DNA of 64,000 nt from Pseudomonadota bacterium (GTDB taxonomy: Bacteria; Bdellovibrionota; Bdellovibrionia; Bdellovibrionales; Bdellovibrionaceae). The notes beneath the pieces are model-generated. The model ran no database searches. It worked only from the letters and a program-made list of their open reading frames with translations, and was not told the DNA's origin. Positions 20,020-33,501 of the stretch are shown one piece after another. Where the stretch lies: NCBI GenBank assembly GCA_041178425.1, contig JBEGVH010000030.1, positions 128,001 through 192,000 on the forward strand. Reading direction: 5' to 3'. Positions within the stretch are counted from its first letter, which is position 1. The number at the start of each line of letters is the position of its first letter. The position numbers and the translations under genes are program-made.

Positions 20020-23000
20020 TTATGCGTTTGTGTGCATTCCACCTGGAAGTGGAGCTGAATAAACCGCACGTTCATCTTCTTCAACCACAACTTCCCACTT
20101 CTTATAGGCTGCAACCCCAGTTCCCGCAGGAATTAGGCGACCCATAATAATGTTTTCCTTCAGGCCGCGAAGCCTATCGGTCTTAGAGTTAATGGCTGCT
20201 TCAGTAAGAACTTTTGTTGTTTCTTGGAATGATGCCGCGCTAATCCAGCTATCAGTACTCAAAGAAACCTTAGTGATTCCAAGGAGTAATGGGCTCAAAG
20301 AAGCCGTCTGACCACCATCAGTAGTAACGCGCTCGTTTTCCTCAGCTAATTGATATTTTTCTACCTGTTCGCCAGCCAAGAAACGAGTATCTCCAGCATC
20401 AACGATTTCTACCTTACGAAGCATTTGTCGAACAATTACTTCGATGTGCTTATCGTTGATACTAACCCCTTGTAATCTGTAAACTTCTTGGATTTCATTG
20501 GTCAAATAATGGGCCAAAGCTTTTTCACCAAGAACTTTAAGAACGTCATGTGGATTGGTTGGACCATCAACTAAGGCTTCACCAGCCTTAACGTACTCGC
20601 CCTCTCTCACAGCAACGTGCTTACCCTTAGGGATTAAGTATTCTTTTTGCTCACCGATATCCGGAGTAACGATTAAGCGCTGTTTACCCTTAACGTCTTT
20701 TCCGAAAGAAACATAGCCATCAATTTCTGAGATGATAGCAGCTTCTTTTGGCTTACGAGCTTCAAATAGCTCAGCAACTCGAGGAAGACCCCCAGTGATG
20801 TCACGAGTCTTAGAAGACTCGCGGTGAATTTTTGCAATCAACTCACCAGAGTGAATTTCTTGCCCATCAACAACCATCAAGTGAGCACCAACTGGGACAA
20901 CATAGCGAGCAGGAAGATCTCTATTTGGAAGACGAACTGGTTGTCCAGCTTCATCCATTAAGAGGACCGTCGGCTTTTGATCGGCAGACTTACTTTCACT
21001 GATAACCTTTGTTGCGAATCCAGTGACTGAGTCAACTTGCTCAGTCATGGTGACGCCTTCTTCGATATCTTGGAACGCGATTCGCCCAGAAACTTCGGCA
21101 ATAATCGGGTTAGAGTATGGGTCCCATTCAGCAACAACAGCGCCTTTTTGTACCTTGTCGCCATCGTTGAAATGGAGAAGCGCACCGTATACTAATTTGA
21201 ATCGTTCTCTCTCACGGCCATTTTCATCAAGGATCAAAACGTCGCCGTTACGATTCATGACTACGTTTTTGCCTTGTTTATTTTTTACAGCATAGATACC
21301 GCTCCACTTCACGATACCATCGTAACGTGAATTATGAACCGATTGCTCGACTGACTTAGATGCCGCACCACCCATGTGGAACGTTCTCATTGTTAACTGT
21401 GTTCCTGGTTCACCAATTGACTGGGCAGCAATGATACCCACTGCTTCGCCAAGGTTAACCGTCGCACCACGAGAAAGATCGCGACCATAACATTTAACGC
21501 AAACTCCACGACGTGTTTGGCAAGTCAAAACAGATCGAATGCTTACAGACTCAATACCAAGCTCATCAATTTTTTTGATGTGATACTCAGTCACCTCTTG
21601 ACCCTTACCAACAAGAACCTCGTTTGTAAGAGGATCAACCACATCATGCATTGCCGTTCGACCTAGAATTCTCTCACCCAAACCTTGGATAATTTCTCCA
21701 CCCTGCATTAGAGGGGTAACAACTAATCCATCCTGAGAACCACAATCATGCTCACTCACAATAACATCTTGAGCGACATCGACGAGACGACGCGTGAGGT
21801 AACCTGAGTTAGCCGTCTTAAGCGCAGTATCTGCGAGACCTTTACGAGCACCGTGAGTAGAAATAAAGTACTGTAGAACTGAGAGACCTTCACGGAAATT
21901 TGCCGTGATCGGAGTTTCAATAATCTCGCCTGATGGTTTAGCCATCAAACCACGCATTCCACCCAACTGACGAATTTGAGTCGCAGAACCCCGCGCTCCA
22001 GAGTCGGCCATGATGAAGATTGGGTTGAAAGACGGAGCCTCAAACTCATGCCCTTTATCATCGATAAACTTTTGTTTTTCGAGACGAGCCATCATTTCTT
22101 TAGCAACGCGATCACTTGTTTGCGCCCAAATATCCACAACTTTGTTATATCTTTCACCGTCGGTGATAAGACCTTCATCGTACTGTTGTTGGATTTCTTG
22201 AACTTGCTTTTCAGCCTCAGAAATTAGCTGCTTTTTTGTTGGCGGAATAACCATGTCATCAATAGCGATCGACATACCTGCCTGAGTTGAATATTTAAAG
22301 CCCAACTCCATGATCTTATCAGCAAGTAAGCAGGTCGCCTTGGCACCAGCTAGACGGAAAGTCTTATCGATCAACGCTGCGATCTGTTTTTTGTTCATCA
22401 CAGTGTTGATTTCTTCGAAAGGAACTTCTCTTGGAACGACATCACTTAGGATCGCGCGTCCAATAGTTGTTTCTCTCAACTTGCCGTGGATACGAACTTT
22501 ACACAATGCTTGAAGATCAATAATTCCTGCCTCGAAAGCATACTGTGCTTCGGCGACAGAACCAAAGATCTTTCCAGTTCCACGAGCACCAGGGCGCATA
22601 CGAGTGAGCCAGTAAAGTCCCAAAACGATATCTTGAGATGGGTTTATGATTGGCTTTCCGCTCGCTGGGCTTAAGATGTTGTTTGTAGACATCATAAGTA
22701 CTCGAGCTTCCACTTGTGCTTCGACTGAGAGTGGAACGTGCACCGCCATTTGGTCACCGTCAAAGTCAGCGTTAAACGCCGTACACACAAGAGGGTGAAG
22801 CTGAATCGCCTTACCTTCGTGCAATACTGGCTCAAATGCTTGAATACCTAAACGGTGAAGTGTTGGTGCACGGTTAAGAAGTACAGGGTGCTCTTTAACC
22901 ACTTCAGAGAGAATATCCCAAACTTCTACGGTTTCTTGGTCAACTAAACGTTTTGCTTGTTTAATTGTTGTTGCGAAACCTTTTTCTTCAAGCTTATTGA

Positions 23001-24144
23001 ATACGAATGGTTTGAAAAGTTCCAAAGCCATTTTTTTCGGCAAACCACACTGATGTAGTTTCAATGTCGGACCAACTACGATAACGGAACGACCAGAGTA
23101 GTCCACACGCTTACCAAGAAGGTTTTGACGGAATCGACCTTGCTTACCTTTAAGCATGTCACTCAAAGAACGAAGTGGTCGTTTATTTGGTCCAGTAAAA
23201 GTTTTTCCGCGACGTCCGTTATCAAGAAGAGCGTCAACCGCCTCTTGCAACATTCTCTTTTCGTTACGAATAATGATGTCTGGAGCATTCAATTCTTGAA
23301 GGCGACGCAAACGATTGTTTCTGTTGATGACCCGACGATAGAGATCGTTCAAGTCGGAAGTGGCAAAACGACCACCATCCAATGGCACCAACGGACGAAG
23401 GTCCGGCGGCAATACTGGAAGAACTTCAAGCATCATCCATTCAGGACGATTTACCGAGTTCTTAAAAGCTTCAACAACTCTTAAACGCTTAGAAAGCTTT
23501 TTGATTTGCGCTTCAGATTTTGTTTCCTTGATTTCAATTCTTAATTTTCTAGAAAGGTACTCAGGGTCAATCTTACGAAGAAGATCTCTAACCGCTTCAC
23601 CACCCATTCCAGCTTTAAAGTTAGGGCCGTATTCGTTTAGTGCCGTTTGATAAGCCTCTTCAGAGAGAACTTGTCCCTCTTGAAGCGGAGTTTCCATAGG
23701 ATCAACAACGACGTGCGATTCACAATAAAGAACTTTCTCTACATCTTTTAGAGAAAGATTTAGCAGGTTACCAATTCGGCTCGGTAGAGACCGCAAAAAC
23801 CAAATATGCGCAACAGGTGTTGCCAATTCAATATGACCTAGTCGCTCACGACGCACTTTGCTTTGAGTAACTTCTACGCCACACTTTTCGCACACAACAC
23901 CGCGATACTTCATTCGCTTGTATTTGCCGCAAAGACATTCGTAGTCCTTAATTGGACCAAAAATCTTAGCACAGAATAAGCCTTCTCGCTCTGGCTTGAA
24001 AGTTCTGTAGTTAATAGTTTCCGGCTTTTTTACTTCGCCGAAGGACCATTCGCGAATCATTTCTGGCGAGGCCAATGACACTCGCACAGAATCAAATGAT
24101 AGTGGATCTTTTGGTTTATCAAAAAAATTCAACAAGTCTCTCAA
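20020..24144 (-). CDS. rpoC: RNA polymerase beta' subunit
   Basis: Catalytic NADFDGD, Zn-finger CECLCGKY...CEKC region and [21 protein letters not shown] start. Confidence 0.99.
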   Translation of the reverse strand: MRDLLNFFDKPKDPLSFDSVRVSLASPEMIREWSFGEVKKPETINYRTFKPEREGLFCAKIFGPIKDYECLCGKYKRMKYRGVVCEKCGVEVTQSKVRRERLGHIELATPVAHIWFLRSLPSRIGNLLNLSLKDVEKVLYCESHVVVDPMETPLQEGQVLSEEAYQTALNEYGPNFKAGMGGEAVRDLLRKIDPEYLSRKLRIEIKETKSEAQIKKLSKRLRVVEAFKNSVNRPEWMMLEVLPVLPPDLRPLVPLDGGRFATSDLNDLYRRVINRNNRLRRLQELNAPDIIIRNEKRMLQEAVDALLDNGRRGKTFTGPNKRPLRSLSDMLKGKQGRFRQNLLGKRVDYSGRSVIVVGPTLKLHQCGLPKKMALELFKPFVFNKLEEKGFATTIKQAKRLVDQETVEVWDILSEVVKEHPVLLNRAPTLHRLGIQAFEPVLHEGKAIQLHPLVCTAFNADFDGDQMAVHVPLSVEAQVEARVLMMSTNNILSPASGKPIINPSQDIVLGLYWLTRMRPGARGTGKIFGSVAEAQYAFEAGIIDLQALCKVRIHGKLRETTIGRAILSDVVPREVPFEEINTVMNKKQIAALIDKTFRLAGAKATCLLADKIMELGFKYSTQAGMSIAIDDMVIPPTKKQLISEAEKQVQEIQQQYDEGLITDGERYNKVVDIWAQTSDRVAKEMMARLEKQKFIDDKGHEFEAPSFNPIFIMADSGARGSATQIRQLGGMRGLMAKPSGEIIETPITANFREGLSVLQYFISTHGARKGLADTALKTANSGYLTRRLVDVAQDVIVSEHDCGSQDGLVVTPLMQGGEIIQGLGERILGRTAMHDVVDPLTNEVLVGKGQEVTEYHIKKIDELGIESVSIRSVLTCQTRRGVCVKCYGRDLSRGATVNLGEAVGIIAAQSIGEPGTQLTMRTFHMGGAASKSVEQSVHNSRYDGIVKWSGIYAVKNKQGKNVVMNRNGDVLILDENGRERERFKLVYGALLHFNDGDKVQKGAVVAEWDPYSNPIIAEVSGRIAFQDIEEGVTMTEQVDSVTGFATKVISESKSADQKPTVLLMDEAGQPVRLPNRDLPARYVVPVGAHLMVVDGQEIHSGELIAKIHRESSKTRDITGGLPRVAELFEARKPKEAAIISEIDGYVSFGKDVKGKQRLIVTPDIGEQKEYLIPKGKHVAVREGEYVKAGEALVDGPTNPHDVLKVLGEKALAHYLTNEIQEVYRLQGVSINDKHIEVIVRQMLRKVEIVDAGDTRFLAGEQVEKYQLAEENERVTTDGGQTASLSPLLLGITKVSLSTDSWISAASFQETTKVLTEAAINSKTDRLRGLKENIIMGRLIPAGTGVAAYKKWEVVVEEDERAVYSAPLPGGMHTNA

Positions 24145-24181
24145 GGTGCTCTCCTTATGTCTCTTGTTGGTTTACAACAAA

Positions 24182-27100
24182 TTAATGGGTTTTATCAGTT
24201 TTATCGCCAGCTTCAGATTGAGCAGGTGTTTCTTCACCCGTCTCAACATTGTCGGTCAGGATATCTGATTCAACCAGTTCTACGTTGAGGGCCAAGCTTT
24301 GAAGCTCTTTCACAAGTACGTTGAAAGATTCAGGCAAACCTGGCTCGAGTATGTTTTCACCCTTCACGATGCTTTCATACATGCGCGTTCTTCCTGCCAC
24401 GTCATCTGACTTAACAGTGAGGAATTCTTGTAATGAATAAGCAGCGCCATAAGCCTCGATCGCCCAAACTTCCATCTCTCCCAATCTCTGACCACCGAAC
24501 TGAGCTTTACCACCCAGAGGCTGCTGAGACACAAGAGAGTAAGGCCCGATCGAACGAGCGTGAATCTTTTCTTCAACTAAGTGATGCAGCTTCAACATAT
24601 ACATAATTCCAACCGTTACCGGGTTTTGGAATGGTATACCTGTACGGCCGTCGAATAAGATTGTCTTTCCGGTACTTGGAAGCCCAGCTTTACCTAAAAG
24701 ACCTTTTACGTCTTCTTCTGTCGCTCCATCGAACACTGGCGTTCCAATGTGAACCCCATGTTTAACGCTGGTAACGATAGATTTAAGTGAAGCTTCATCA
24801 GCCTTTTCTAACTTTTCAGTAATCTCAGAATCAGAGAAGATGTTGATCATGTCTTTTCGGACTTGCTCTGCATTCCAGTTATCAAGGTAGTTAGATAGCT
24901 GCTTACCCAAGTTGTGGGCAGCCCAACCCAAGTGAACCTCTAAGATCTGACCTATGTTCATACGAGATGGAACCCCTAGTGGGTTGAGAACCATGTCAAC
25001 TGGAGTACCATCTGCCAAATATGGCATATCTTCTACTGGCAATACTTTAGAAACGACACCCTTGTTACCGTGACGTCCGGCAAACTTATCACCAACTTGG
25101 AGCTTACGACGGATTGCTACGTAAACTTTAACCATTTTGATAACGCCCGGAGGAAGTTCATCCCCCTTGCGAAGACGATCGATCTTCTCGTTGAATACTA
25201 ACTTAACAGCATCCAACTGATTTCTTGCTCCATCCAATACCTTAGTGACTTGGTACTCAAGGTCTGAATCAAGCGGGATATATGATAAGAGATCAAATGG
25301 AATTGTCTCAAGATCAGCAGAAGAAATAACCTGCCCCTTATTTAGAAGCTTTTGGCTACCATCTTCGTTCAAAAGAACTCCCTGAGTGGTTTTACCAATC
25401 AAAAGCTCCTTCAACTTACCGATCGCATTGTTCTTAATAACGTTTTGCTCAACAGCGAGATCTTTTTCTAATTTTTTCTTCTTTTCATCGATGATCAAAG
25501 ACAAACGCTCATCTCGCTCAGCGCCTTCACGGCTATAAACCTGAGCATCGATAACTGTACCATAAACTCCTGATGGAACTCGAAGAGATGTGTCTCTAAC
25601 GTCGCCAGCCTTTTCGCCGAAGATCGCTCTCAAAAGTTTTTCCTCTGGAGACAACTGAGTTTCACCTTTTGGAGTTACCTTACCAACAAGGATATAACCC
25701 GGCTTCACTTCAGCACCAATTCTTATGATACCCGAGCTATCAAGATCCTTAAGCGCTTCCTCACCTACGTTAGCGATATCTCTAGTGATTTCTTCTTTAC
25801 CAAGTTTAGTGTCACGAGCCACACACTCAAACTCTTCAATATGAATAGACGTGTAGGTATCGTCTTTAAGAAGTCTTTCACTAATAAGGATTGAATCCTC
25901 AAAGTTGTAACCTTGCCAAGGAGTGAACGCCACGAGGATGTTTTGACCAAGAGCCAATTCTCCCAATTCCGTTGAAGGACCGTCAGCAATAATATCACCC
26001 TTAGAAACACGATCGCCTTTTTGAACGATTGGTTTTTGGTTGAAACAAGTGTTTTGGTTAGTTCGCTGATACTTAGTAAGGTTATAGATATCGACGTTAG
26101 CACCGAGCTCACCGCCCTTAGCCAAACGACGAATAACTACTCTCGATGCATCAACTTCTTCAACAACCCCATCGTTCTGTACAACAACGGAAGTCCCGGA
26201 ATCACGGGCAACGAGTTTTTCAACGCCAGTACCCACAAGTGGAGCTCTTGATCTCAAGAGAGGAACCGCTTGACGTTGCATGTTTGATCCCATGAGAGCT
26301 CGGTTCGCATCATCATGTTCAAGGAACGGAATCAAGCTAGCGGCGATTGAAACCAACTGACTTGGAGATACGTCCATTAGAGTTACTTTATTCTTATCAA
26401 CAACCTCATATTCACCATCACGACGGCACGTTACGGTGTCGGTCGCAATTTCGCGACTTGCACCAGAATCACGAGTTGCCTGAGCGATCAAGTGACCCTG
26501 CTCTTCAAGAGCAGAAAGATAAGAGATGTCTTTTGAAACCTTTGCCGTTTCAACTGTACGGTAAGGAGTCTCGATGAAACCGTAGTGATTGATTCGCGCG
26601 TATGTTGCCAATGAGGCAATCAAACCAATGTTTGGACCTTCCGGAGTTTCAATAGGACAAATACGACCGTAGTGGGTCGGGTGCACGTCTCGAACCTCAA
26701 AGCCAGCACGATCACGAGTTAAACCACCGGGCCCTAGAGCAGACAGCCTACGCTTATGGGTAATTTCTGAGAGAGGATTTGTTTGATCCATAAACTGTGA
26801 CAACTGAGAAGCTCCAAAGAACTCCTTCACAACTGCATTCACAGGTTTAGCATTCACTAGGTCATGCGGCATCATGGTTTCTACGTCTTGAAGAGACATT
26901 CTTTCGCGAATCGCTCTCTCCATACGCACAAGACCAATACGATATTGGTTTTCCAACAATTCACCCACAGACCGGACACGACGGTTACCGAGGTGATCGA
27001 TATCATCCACAATACCACGACCATTTTTAAGGTCGATGAGAGTCTTAACGGTGGATACGATATCCTTATTCGTTAAAATTCTAAAATCTGGCGGACACTC

Positions 27101-28372
27101 TTCCATCGGAATATTGAACTTGTGATTGATCTTGATACGACCAACCTCAGACAAGTCATAAGTTTCACCATCAAAGAATAAACGTTTAAAGAATACAGTA
27201 GCTGCCTCAAGTGTTGGCGGCTCACCAGGACGAAGACGCTTGTAAATCTCAAGGAGCGCTTCATCTTTTGTGTTAATTTTATCAACTAACAAAGTGTTTC
27301 GAAGGAATGGACCAACAGAGAGACCATCAAAGAAAATTAAATAGAACTTAGTGATTCCGATTTCGAGAGCCTTACGAAGGCTCGCTTTAGTCAATTCGGA
27401 GTTAGCGTCTGCAAGGATTTCACCAGTCTCTTCGTCGATTAGTGGCTTAGCTAGAACTTTGCCTTCGAGGTCAGCCTCACCAACCTCAAGCTCAGTGACG
27501 TCTAACTCTTTTAGCTTTTTAACGACGTTTCTAGTGATACGACGACCCGCTTTAACGATTGCCTCACCAGACTTTGGATCCATGATATCTACAATAGCTC
27601 TCTGACCCGCCATACGTTCGATATCAAGCTTTCGATAGAGTTTTCCCGCTTTGGCGTAAACTTCATCGAGATCATAGTAGTGCTGGAGCAACTGCTCAGT
27701 ATTATAGCCGAGCGCCTTAAGAAGTATAGTTGCTGGGAACTTACGACGGCGATCAATACGAACATAAATTAAGTCTTTTTGATCGAATTCAAAATCTAAC
27801 CAAGATCCACGGTACGGAATCACTCGCGCAGAATAAATCAGTTTACCGCTGGCATTGTTCTTTCCACCATCATGATCGAAGAACACACCTGGTGAACGGT
27901 GCAACTGGCTCACAACTACGCGTTCAGTACCATTGATGATAAAAGAACCGTTCGCAGTCATGAGAGGGATTTCTCCCAAGTAGACTTCTTGCTCTTTTAC
28001 GTCTCGAATGTTGCGAGCTTCTGTTTCTTCATCAACTTCAAAAACGATCAATCGAAGGGTAACTTTGATTGGAGCCGCAAATGTCATACCTCTTTGGCGA
28101 CACTCATCTACGTCATATTTCGGCGGCTCAAGTGTGTAACTGACGAACTCTAACGAAGCGGTATTGTTAAAGTCGCTGATAGGAAAAACAGAGCGAAATA
28201 CACCATTTAACCCATCCTCTCCCCTCTTATCGATATCTACATCTTTCTGTAGAAATGCCTCATAAGAACTCTTTTGAAGCTCGATTAGATTTGGAATATC
28301 GATAACCTGCTTATTCTTTGCATAGGATTTTCGAACTCTAAGATTGGATGCGGTGATAGGAGTATGTCCCAT
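24182..28372 (-). CDS. rpoB: RNA polymerase beta subunit
   Basis: [41 protein letters not shown] and [12 protein letters not shown] motifs. Confidence 0.99.
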   Translation of the reverse strand: MGHTPITASNLRVRKSYAKNKQVIDIPNLIELQKSSYEAFLQKDVDIDKRGEDGLNGVFRSVFPISDFNNTASLEFVSYTLEPPKYDVDECRQRGMTFAAPIKVTLRLIVFEVDEETEARNIRDVKEQEVYLGEIPLMTANGSFIINGTERVVVSQLHRSPGVFFDHDGGKNNASGKLIYSARVIPYRGSWLDFEFDQKDLIYVRIDRRRKFPATILLKALGYNTEQLLQHYYDLDEVYAKAGKLYRKLDIERMAGQRAIVDIMDPKSGEAIVKAGRRITRNVVKKLKELDVTELEVGEADLEGKVLAKPLIDEETGEILADANSELTKASLRKALEIGITKFYLIFFDGLSVGPFLRNTLLVDKINTKDEALLEIYKRLRPGEPPTLEAATVFFKRLFFDGETYDLSEVGRIKINHKFNIPMEECPPDFRILTNKDIVSTVKTLIDLKNGRGIVDDIDHLGNRRVRSVGELLENQYRIGLVRMERAIRERMSLQDVETMMPHDLVNAKPVNAVVKEFFGASQLSQFMDQTNPLSEITHKRRLSALGPGGLTRDRAGFEVRDVHPTHYGRICPIETPEGPNIGLIASLATYARINHYGFIETPYRTVETAKVSKDISYLSALEEQGHLIAQATRDSGASREIATDTVTCRRDGEYEVVDKNKVTLMDVSPSQLVSIAASLIPFLEHDDANRALMGSNMQRQAVPLLRSRAPLVGTGVEKLVARDSGTSVVVQNDGVVEEVDASRVVIRRLAKGGELGANVDIYNLTKYQRTNQNTCFNQKPIVQKGDRVSKGDIIADGPSTELGELALGQNILVAFTPWQGYNFEDSILISERLLKDDTYTSIHIEEFECVARDTKLGKEEITRDIANVGEEALKDLDSSGIIRIGAEVKPGYILVGKVTPKGETQLSPEEKLLRAIFGEKAGDVRDTSLRVPSGVYGTVIDAQVYSREGAERDERLSLIIDEKKKKLEKDLAVEQNVIKNNAIGKLKELLIGKTTQGVLLNEDGSQKLLNKGQVISSADLETIPFDLLSYIPLDSDLEYQVTKVLDGARNQLDAVKLVFNEKIDRLRKGDELPPGVIKMVKVYVAIRRKLQVGDKFAGRHGNKGVVSKVLPVEDMPYLADGTPVDMVLNPLGVPSRMNIGQILEVHLGWAAHNLGKQLSNYLDNWNAEQVRKDMINIFSDSEITEKLEKADEASLKSIVTSVKHGVHIGTPVFDGATEEDVKGLLGKAGLPSTGKTILFDGRTGIPFQNPVTVGIMYMLKLHHLVEEKIHARSIGPYSLVSQQPLGGKAQFGGQRLGEMEVWAIEAYGAAYSLQEFLTVKSDDVAGRTRMYESIVKGENILEPGLPESFNVLVKELQSLALNVELVESDILTDNVETGEETPAQSEAGDKTDKTH

Positions 28373-28415
28373 TCTTTCTCCTTAGACAAAATCGTGAGTG
28401 AAAATGAAATAATAC

Positions 28416-28448
28416 AAGCTCTGCCCTGCGAATCGCAAGGCAGAGCTT
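28416..28448 (-). terminator. rplL-rpoB intergenic stem-loop (attenuator-like)
   Basis: AAGCTCTGCCCTGCG-AAT-CGCAAGGCAGAGCTT inverted repeat 15 nt after the rplL stop. Confidence 0.65.
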
Positions 28449-28463
28449 ACAGCATCAAGATTA

Positions 28464-28841
28464 TTACTTGATTTGAACTTTTGCACCTGCTGCTTCAAGG
28501 GCTTTCTTAAATTTTTCAGCATCTTCTTTAGATGCACCCTCTTTAACAGTCTTAGGAGCGCCTTCAACAAGAGCTTTTGCTTCAGCTAAGCCCAAGCCAG
28601 TGATAGCACGAACTTCTTTAATAACGTTGATTTTGTTAGCGCCTGCGTCAGCAAGAACAACGTCAAAAGCAGTTTTTTCTTCAACAGGAGCAGCGGCAGC
28701 ACCACCACCAACTGCAGCAACAGCTACAGGAGCAGCAGCAGTAACTCCCCACTTGTCTTCTAAATCTTTAATAAGTCCAGCCAATTCAATAACTGGCATT
28801 TGTGATAAATAATCGATAACTTGATCTTTTGTAAGTGACAT
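28464..28841 (-). CDS. rplL: 50S ribosomal protein bL12
   Basis: Ala-rich hinge, [10 protein letters not shown] and [20 protein letters not shown]. Start set at ATG 28841 behind GGAGG. Confidence 0.99.
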   Translation of the reverse strand: MSLTKDQVIDYLSQMPVIELAGLIKDLEDKWGVTAAAPVAVAAVGGGAAAAPVEEKTAFDVVLADAGANKINVIKEVRAITGLGLAEAKALVEGAPKTVKEGASKEDAEKFKKALEAAGAKVQIK

Positions 28842-28865
28842 AAAAACCTCCAATAAATTTTAAAC

Positions 28866-29390
28866 TTAACCTAATTTTTCTTTTTGTGCGGCTAACACTC
28901 TGACAAATCCACTTGGAACAGCATTGAGAGTTCCAACGAATTTTGACATAGGAGCTTGCAACAAGCCCAAAAATTGAGCACGCAATACATCTTTTGTCGG
29001 CAAAGTAGCCAATTGCATAATCTTAACTTGATCGAGAGCGACATTATCCATGACGCCAACCTTGAGTTGCAACAACTCAACGTCTTTTGCGAATCCAGAC
29101 AAGACTTTTGCAGATGCGGAAACGTCTCCGTAGGCAAACACGATAGCATTTGTACCGCGTAATGAACTATTCAACGCTTTCCCGGCTTCAGGAAACTGCT
29201 CAAGAGCTTTTTCAGCAAGAGTGTTTCTAACAACCTGCATCTCTGATTCAACGGGATTCAGTTTTTTACGCAGAGTTGTAACCTGCTCAACTTTCATACC
29301 TTTGAAATCTACGAGAAACGCTGCTTTTGCCTTACTAAACTTTTCTGCAAGTGCTTTTACAGTTTCTGCTTTTTGTGCGCGAGTCATCAT
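28866..29390 (-). CDS. rplJ: 50S ribosomal protein uL10
   Basis: VDFKGMKV...LRKKL...VVRNTL...LATLPTK. Confidence 0.98.
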   Translation of the reverse strand: MMTRAQKAETVKALAEKFSKAKAAFLVDFKGMKVEQVTTLRKKLNPVESEMQVVRNTLAEKALEQFPEAGKALNSSLRGTNAIVFAYGDVSASAKVLSGFAKDVELLQLKVGVMDNVALDQVKIMQLATLPTKDVLRAQFLGLLQAPMSKFVGTLNAVPSGFVRVLAAQKEKLG

Positions 29391-29394
29391 AAGT

Positions 29395-29530
29395 ATACCT
29401 CCTTTCTATAGAATCGTATGCGATTCAGGACCGGATGGAGGTTAAAGACATAAAATGCTAAACCAATGCCCGTCTCGGTAGGCCCCACTTTCGTGAGCTT
29501 AAGTGTAAACACCTACTTTCTCTGACCGCA
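29395..29530 (-). promoter_or_regulatory. L10 (rplJ) leader autoregulatory RNA element
   Basis: In the rplA-rplJ gap the minus strand reads AGAAAGTAGGT...CTTAA...CCTACCGAG, which resembles the L10 leader core (GUAGG/CCUAC stem with an internal UUAA). Boundaries are approximate. Confidence 0.6.
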
Positions 29531-29578
29531 CTTAGTGGCCTCAGCTCCTGCCAAAGCCACCTTGTTTTTAATATTTAA

Positions 29579-30280
29579 TTATACTGTTTTGGTTGATGCC
29601 TGTAGAGCATCGACTTTCACGCTTGGACCCATAGTAGAAGCCATAGCGATCGCCTGAAGGTAAATACCCTTGCTCGAAGCAGGTTTTGCCTTCATGACGG
29701 CACCCAAGAATGCCAAGAAATTATCTTGAATCTTGTCTGCACCCATCGATTTGCGACCAACAGAAGCGTGAATGATACCGGCCTTATCAACACGGAAATC
29801 AAGCTTACCCTTCTTTTCAGCTGTCACGGCTTCACCAACGTTCATAGTCACAGTACCGATTTTTGGGTTTGGCATTAAGCCACGAGGCCCAAGAATCTTT
29901 GCGACCTTAGAAACAACGCCCATCATATCAGGGGTTGCGATGGCTTTGTCGAAATCGAGCCAGCCTTCTGTGATCTTTTGAACGAGATCTTCCGCACCAA
30001 CGTAGTCTGCACCAGCAGCTTTTGCTTCAGCCTCTTTAGGACCTTTAGCAAAAACAATTACGCGAACAGCCTTTCCAAGACCATGAGGCAATGCAATAGC
30101 ACCTCTCACGTTTTGGTCAGATTGCTTAGGATCAACGCCAAGGTTTACAGCAACGTCGATTGATTCATCAAACTTTGCAGTTGCAGTCTGAATAACCATC
30201 TTACATGCTTCTTCCAAAGCGTATCTTTTTGTAGAATCGACGAGCTTGCTCGTCTTTATGTATCTTTTATTTTTAGCCAT
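29579..30280 (-). CDS. rplA: 50S ribosomal protein uL1
   Basis: [30 protein letters not shown] and STMGP motifs. Confidence 0.99.
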   Translation of the reverse strand: MAKNKRYIKTSKLVDSTKRYALEEACKMVIQTATAKFDESIDVAVNLGVDPKQSDQNVRGAIALPHGLGKAVRVIVFAKGPKEAEAKAAGADYVGAEDLVQKITEGWLDFDKAIATPDMMGVVSKVAKILGPRGLMPNPKIGTVTMNVGEAVTAEKKGKLDFRVDKAGIIHASVGRKSMGADKIQDNFLAFLGAVMKAKPASSKGIYLQAIAMASTMGPSVKVDALQASTKTV

Positions 30281-30287
30281 AGCTTAC

Positions 30288-30713
30288 CTACTCAACCACT
30301 TCTACGCCCATAGAACGAGCGGTTCCAATAACCTGAGACATAGCGGATTCAACCTTAAGACAGTTAAGATCTGGAATCTTGAGCTGACCAATCGACTTAA
30401 CGTCGGCCATCTTAATCTTTCCAACCTTATCTTTTTGAGGTTGTTTTGATCCACTCTGAAGTTTCGCAGCTTTTTTTACCAAGCTTGAAACAGGTGGTGT
30501 TTTAGTGATGAAGGTAAACGAACGGTCTTGGTAAACAGTGATGATAATCGGAACGATTGAATCACCTAAGCTCTGTGTACGAGCATTAAACTGCTTACAG
30601 AATTCCATGATGTTTACCCCATGCTGTCCGAGCGCCGGTCCAACGGGTGGAGCTGGATTCGCTTTCCCTGCCGGTATCTGCAATTTCACCATTCCAGTTA
30701 CTTTTTTTGCCAT
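30288..30713 (-). CDS. rplK: 50S ribosomal protein uL11
   Basis: [30 protein letters not shown]. Start set at ATG 30713 behind AGGAG. Confidence 0.99.
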   Translation of the reverse strand: MAKKVTGMVKLQIPAGKANPAPPVGPALGQHGVNIMEFCKQFNARTQSLGDSIVPIIITVYQDRSFTFITKTPPVSSLVKKAAKLQSGSKQPQKDKVGKIKMADVKSIGQLKIPDLNCLKVESAMSQVIGTARSMGVEVVE

Positions 30714-30765
30714 ACCCACTCCTAACAAATGAGGTGTTAATTAAACCTAAAGCAGCCTATCCGCT

Positions 30766-31299
30766 CTAGTTTTTTTCTACTTGAATAAAATCGAGTTCAA
30801 CAGGGGTCGGACGACCAAAAATGCTTACAAGCACTTTTACCTTACCTTTATCCTCATTGATCTCTTCTACTGTTCCAGTGAAGTTACTGAATGGACCATC
30901 GATGACGGTCACAGTCTCACCCATTTGGAACTTAATCTTCGCCTTGGGTTTCTCAGCCCCAACAACCATTTGCTGGGTAACACGAAGGACTTCACTCTCC
31001 GGAACCTCCGGAGGACGAGTGCTTCCACCAACAAACCCAGTCACTTTAGATGAGTGTCTTACCAAATGCCAGGTCTGATCGTTAAGGACCATTTGAACAA
31101 ACATATAACCAGGGAAAAATTTTCTCGATTTGGTCTGTTTTTGGCCCTTCTTACCAAGGGCAATGACGCTCTCGGAAGGAATCAAAATATCACCAAAATA
31201 CTCTTCTAATTTTTGAGTTTTAATACGTTCTTCGATAGCTGATTTCGCAGTACCTTCGCAACCCGTCTGACAGTTGATGATATACCATCTCTTTTCCAC
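30766..31299 (-). CDS. nusG: Transcription termination/antitermination factor NusG
   Basis: FFPGYMFV, VTGFVG and KOW motif DGPFSNFTG...VSIFGRPTPVEL. Confidence 0.99.
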   Translation of the reverse strand: MEKRWYIINCQTGCEGTAKSAIEERIKTQKLEEYFGDILIPSESVIALGKKGQKQTKSRKFFPGYMFVQMVLNDQTWHLVRHSSKVTGFVGGSTRPPEVPESEVLRVTQQMVVGAEKPKAKIKFQMGETVTVIDGPFSNFTGTVEEINEDKGKVKVLVSIFGRPTPVELDFIQVEKN

Positions 31300-31308
31300 A
31301 AACCCACC

Positions 31309-31686
31309 TTACCTTAAAATAAAGTTTACAAAATTGCCAGAAACGACATCAAAAAAGGTTATAATAACTGTGGAAATCAAGACCATAACTACAACGGCGA
31401 TTGTCATTGCAGTAGTATCTTTCCTTGATGGCCAAACAACCTTCCTGATTTCAAGGGCAACATCTTCACCCCAGGCCAAAACATTCTTATTAAACTGAAG
31501 TGATGCAAAAAGAACCAAGCCGATCGCAACTGGCAAGCCGTGCTTAACAAGATCAACATCATGCATTCTCGCTACGACACCAAAGCTACCCGCTAGCGCT
31601 TTCAATAAAAGGCTAGTCGAAACACTGATGATAACCGAGAAAATTACAAACGAAAGCGTGAGTATTTTTTGATTTGTTTTATCCAT
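31309..31686 (-). CDS. secE: Preprotein translocase subunit SecE (3-TM form)
   Basis: EIRKVVWPSRKDT motif, three hydrophobic segments, directly upstream of nusG. Confidence 0.95.
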   Translation of the reverse strand: MDKTNQKILTLSFVIFSVIISVSTSLLLKALAGSFGVVARMHDVDLVKHGLPVAIGLVLFASLQFNKNVLAWGEDVALEIRKVVWPSRKDTTAMTIAVVVMVLISTVIITFFDVVSGNFVNFILR

Positions 31687-31706
31687 AGCCTTGAGCCACC
31701 TAACTT

Positions 31707-31782
31707 TGGCAGGGCCGGTCGGATTCGAACCGACAACCTAAGGATTTGGAGTCCTTCGCTCTACCGTTAGAGCTACAGCCCT
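31707..31782 (-). tRNA. trpT: tRNA-Trp (CCA)
   Basis: AGGGCTG/CGGCCCT acceptor stem, anticodon arm AAGGA-CT-CCA-AA-TCCTT, GGTTCGAATCC T-arm, encoded CCA end. Confidence 0.97.
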
Positions 31783-31828
31783 ATTTTGATCTAATCCTGA
31801 TCGTTTTCTCTTCCTGAACTGGACAAAC

Positions 31829-31865
31829 AACGAATGGGGACTCCCTTTTGAGAAGTCCCCTCGTT
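31829..31865 (-). terminator. Stem-loop between tuf and tRNA-Trp
   Basis: GGGGACT...AGTCCCC stem extended by AACGA/TCGTT; poor U tract. Confidence 0.45.
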
Positions 31866-31883
31866 AAGTTTATTCAGTAAAAA

Positions 31884-33077
31884 TTACTCAACAACAACAT
31901 CAACAACTACGCCTGCTCCGACGGTTCTTCCACCTTCACGGATCGCAAAGCGAAGTTCTTTTTCCATAGCGATAGGAGCAATGAGCTCAACGTTCATCTC
32001 TACGCGATCACCAGGCATAACCATTTCTACTCCAGGCTTAAGAGTTACAACACCTGTAACGTCTGTAGTTCTGAAGTAAAACTGAGGACGATAACCGTTG
32101 AAGAATGGAGTGTGACGTCCGCCTTCTTCTTTTGTAAGGATATACGCTTCAGCTTTGAATTTTTTGTGAGGCTTGATTGTTCCTGGCTTAGCAAGAACTT
32201 GTCCACGCTCAACGTCTTCTTTTTTAGTACCTCTCAACAAGCAACCACAGTTGTCGCCAGCTTGACCTTCATCAAGAAGCTTTCTGAACATTTCGATACC
32301 AGTAACTGTAGTCTTCTGAGTTGGACGAATACCAACGATTTCGACGTCTTCGTTGATCTTGATGATACCACGCTCGATACGACCAGTTACAACAGTTCCA
32401 CGACCAGAGATCGAGAAAACGTCTTCAATTGGCATAAGGAATGTTTTATCAACAGCACGAGCTGGAGTTGGAATGTAGCTATCAACTGCATCCATAAGCT
32501 TCTTGATTGAAGGACGACCCAAATCAGAAGTATCACCTTCAAGCGCCTTAAGAGCAGAACCTTTAACGATAGGGATCTGATCACCAGGGAAATCGTATTT
32601 AGAAAGAAGTTCACGAACTTCTAACTCAACAAGCTCAAGAAGTTCAGCGTCTTGAACCATATCAACTTTGTTCAAGAAAACAACAAGAGCAGGAACACCT
32701 ACTTGACGAGCAAGAAGGATGTGCTCACGAGTTTGTGGCATAGGACCATCTGCTGCTGAAACAACAAGGATGGCACCATCCATTTGCGCTGCACCAGTGA
32801 TCATGTTTTTTACGTAGTCAGCGTGACCTGGACAGTCAACGTGAGCGTAGTGACGCTTATCAGTTTCATACTCAACGTGAGAAGTAGAGATCGTGATTCC
32901 ACGCTCTTTTTCTTCAGGCGCCTTATCGATTTGATCGTAAGCAAGAGCCTGAGCCTTACCCTCTACCGCTAAGCTAGTTGTGATAGCTGCAGTCAAAGTT
33001 GTTTTACCATGGTCAACGTGTCCGATCGTACCAATGTTTACGTGTGGCTTCGAACGGTTAAATTTCTCCTTGGACAT
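31884..33077 (-). CDS. tuf: Elongation factor Tu
   Basis: [26 protein letters not shown] and [13 protein letters not shown] motifs. Confidence 0.99.
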   Translation of the reverse strand: MSKEKFNRSKPHVNIGTIGHVDHGKTTLTAAITTSLAVEGKAQALAYDQIDKAPEEKERGITISTSHVEYETDKRHYAHVDCPGHADYVKNMITGAAQMDGAILVVSAADGPMPQTREHILLARQVGVPALVVFLNKVDMVQDAELLELVELEVRELLSKYDFPGDQIPIVKGSALKALEGDTSDLGRPSIKKLMDAVDSYIPTPARAVDKTFLMPIEDVFSISGRGTVVTGRIERGIIKINEDVEIVGIRPTQKTTVTGIEMFRKLLDEGQAGDNCGCLLRGTKKEDVERGQVLAKPGTIKPHKKFKAEAYILTKEEGGRHTPFFNGYRPQFYFRTTDVTGVVTLKPGVEMVMPGDRVEMNVELIAPIAMEKELRFAIREGGRTVGAGVVVDVVVE

Positions 33078-33146
33078 TAATTCCTCCTAATTCAAAGAAT
33101 CTGTCTGTCTATTTTCTTTTACTCACTCAAAAATAATCTAATGTGA

Positions 33147-33221
33147 TGGAGCCCATGGCGGGAATCGAACCCGCGATCTCACCCTTACCAAGGGTGTGCT
33201 CTACCACTGAGCCACATGGGC
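33147..33221 (-). tRNA. tRNA-Thr (GGT)
   Basis: Anticodon arm CACCC-TT-GGT-AA-GGGTG, acceptor GCCCATG/CATGGGC, encoded CCA end. Confidence 0.97.
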
Positions 33222-33281
33222 GCAACGGTTACCCCACCTATGAGGACTCATCGCGCCCTCGCAGCATGCAACCCAAAAATT

Positions 33282-33358
33282 TGGAGCGGGAGACGGGTCT
33301 CGAACCCGCAACCCTCAGCTTGGAAGGCTGATACTCTAGCCAATTGAGCTACTCCCGC
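33282..33358 (-). tRNA. tRNA-Gly (TCC)
   Basis: Anticodon arm TCAGC-CT-TCC-AA-GCTGA, acceptor GCGGGAG/CTCCCGC, encoded CCA end. Confidence 0.97.
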
Positions 33359-33390
33359 CCAGAGTCCAAAGGACTCATGTTAAAACAAAT

Positions 33391-33477
33391 TGGTGGAGAG
33401 AGTAGGATTCGAACCTACGTAGGCGCAAGACCAGCAGATTTACAGTCTGCCCCCTTTAGCCACTCGGGCATCTCTCC
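33391..33477 (-). tRNA. tRNA-Tyr (GTA)
   Basis: Anticodon arm GCAGA-CT-GTA-AA-TCTGC, long variable arm, encoded CCA end. Confidence 0.97.
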
Positions 33478-33501
33478 GTTGTTCCACTTTGAATTAACAA
33501 G

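Noticed and set aside
28382..28570. 62-aa ORF spanning the rplL end and the rplL-rpoB gap
   Set aside because: It is an alternative frame of rplL running through the intergenic hairpin.
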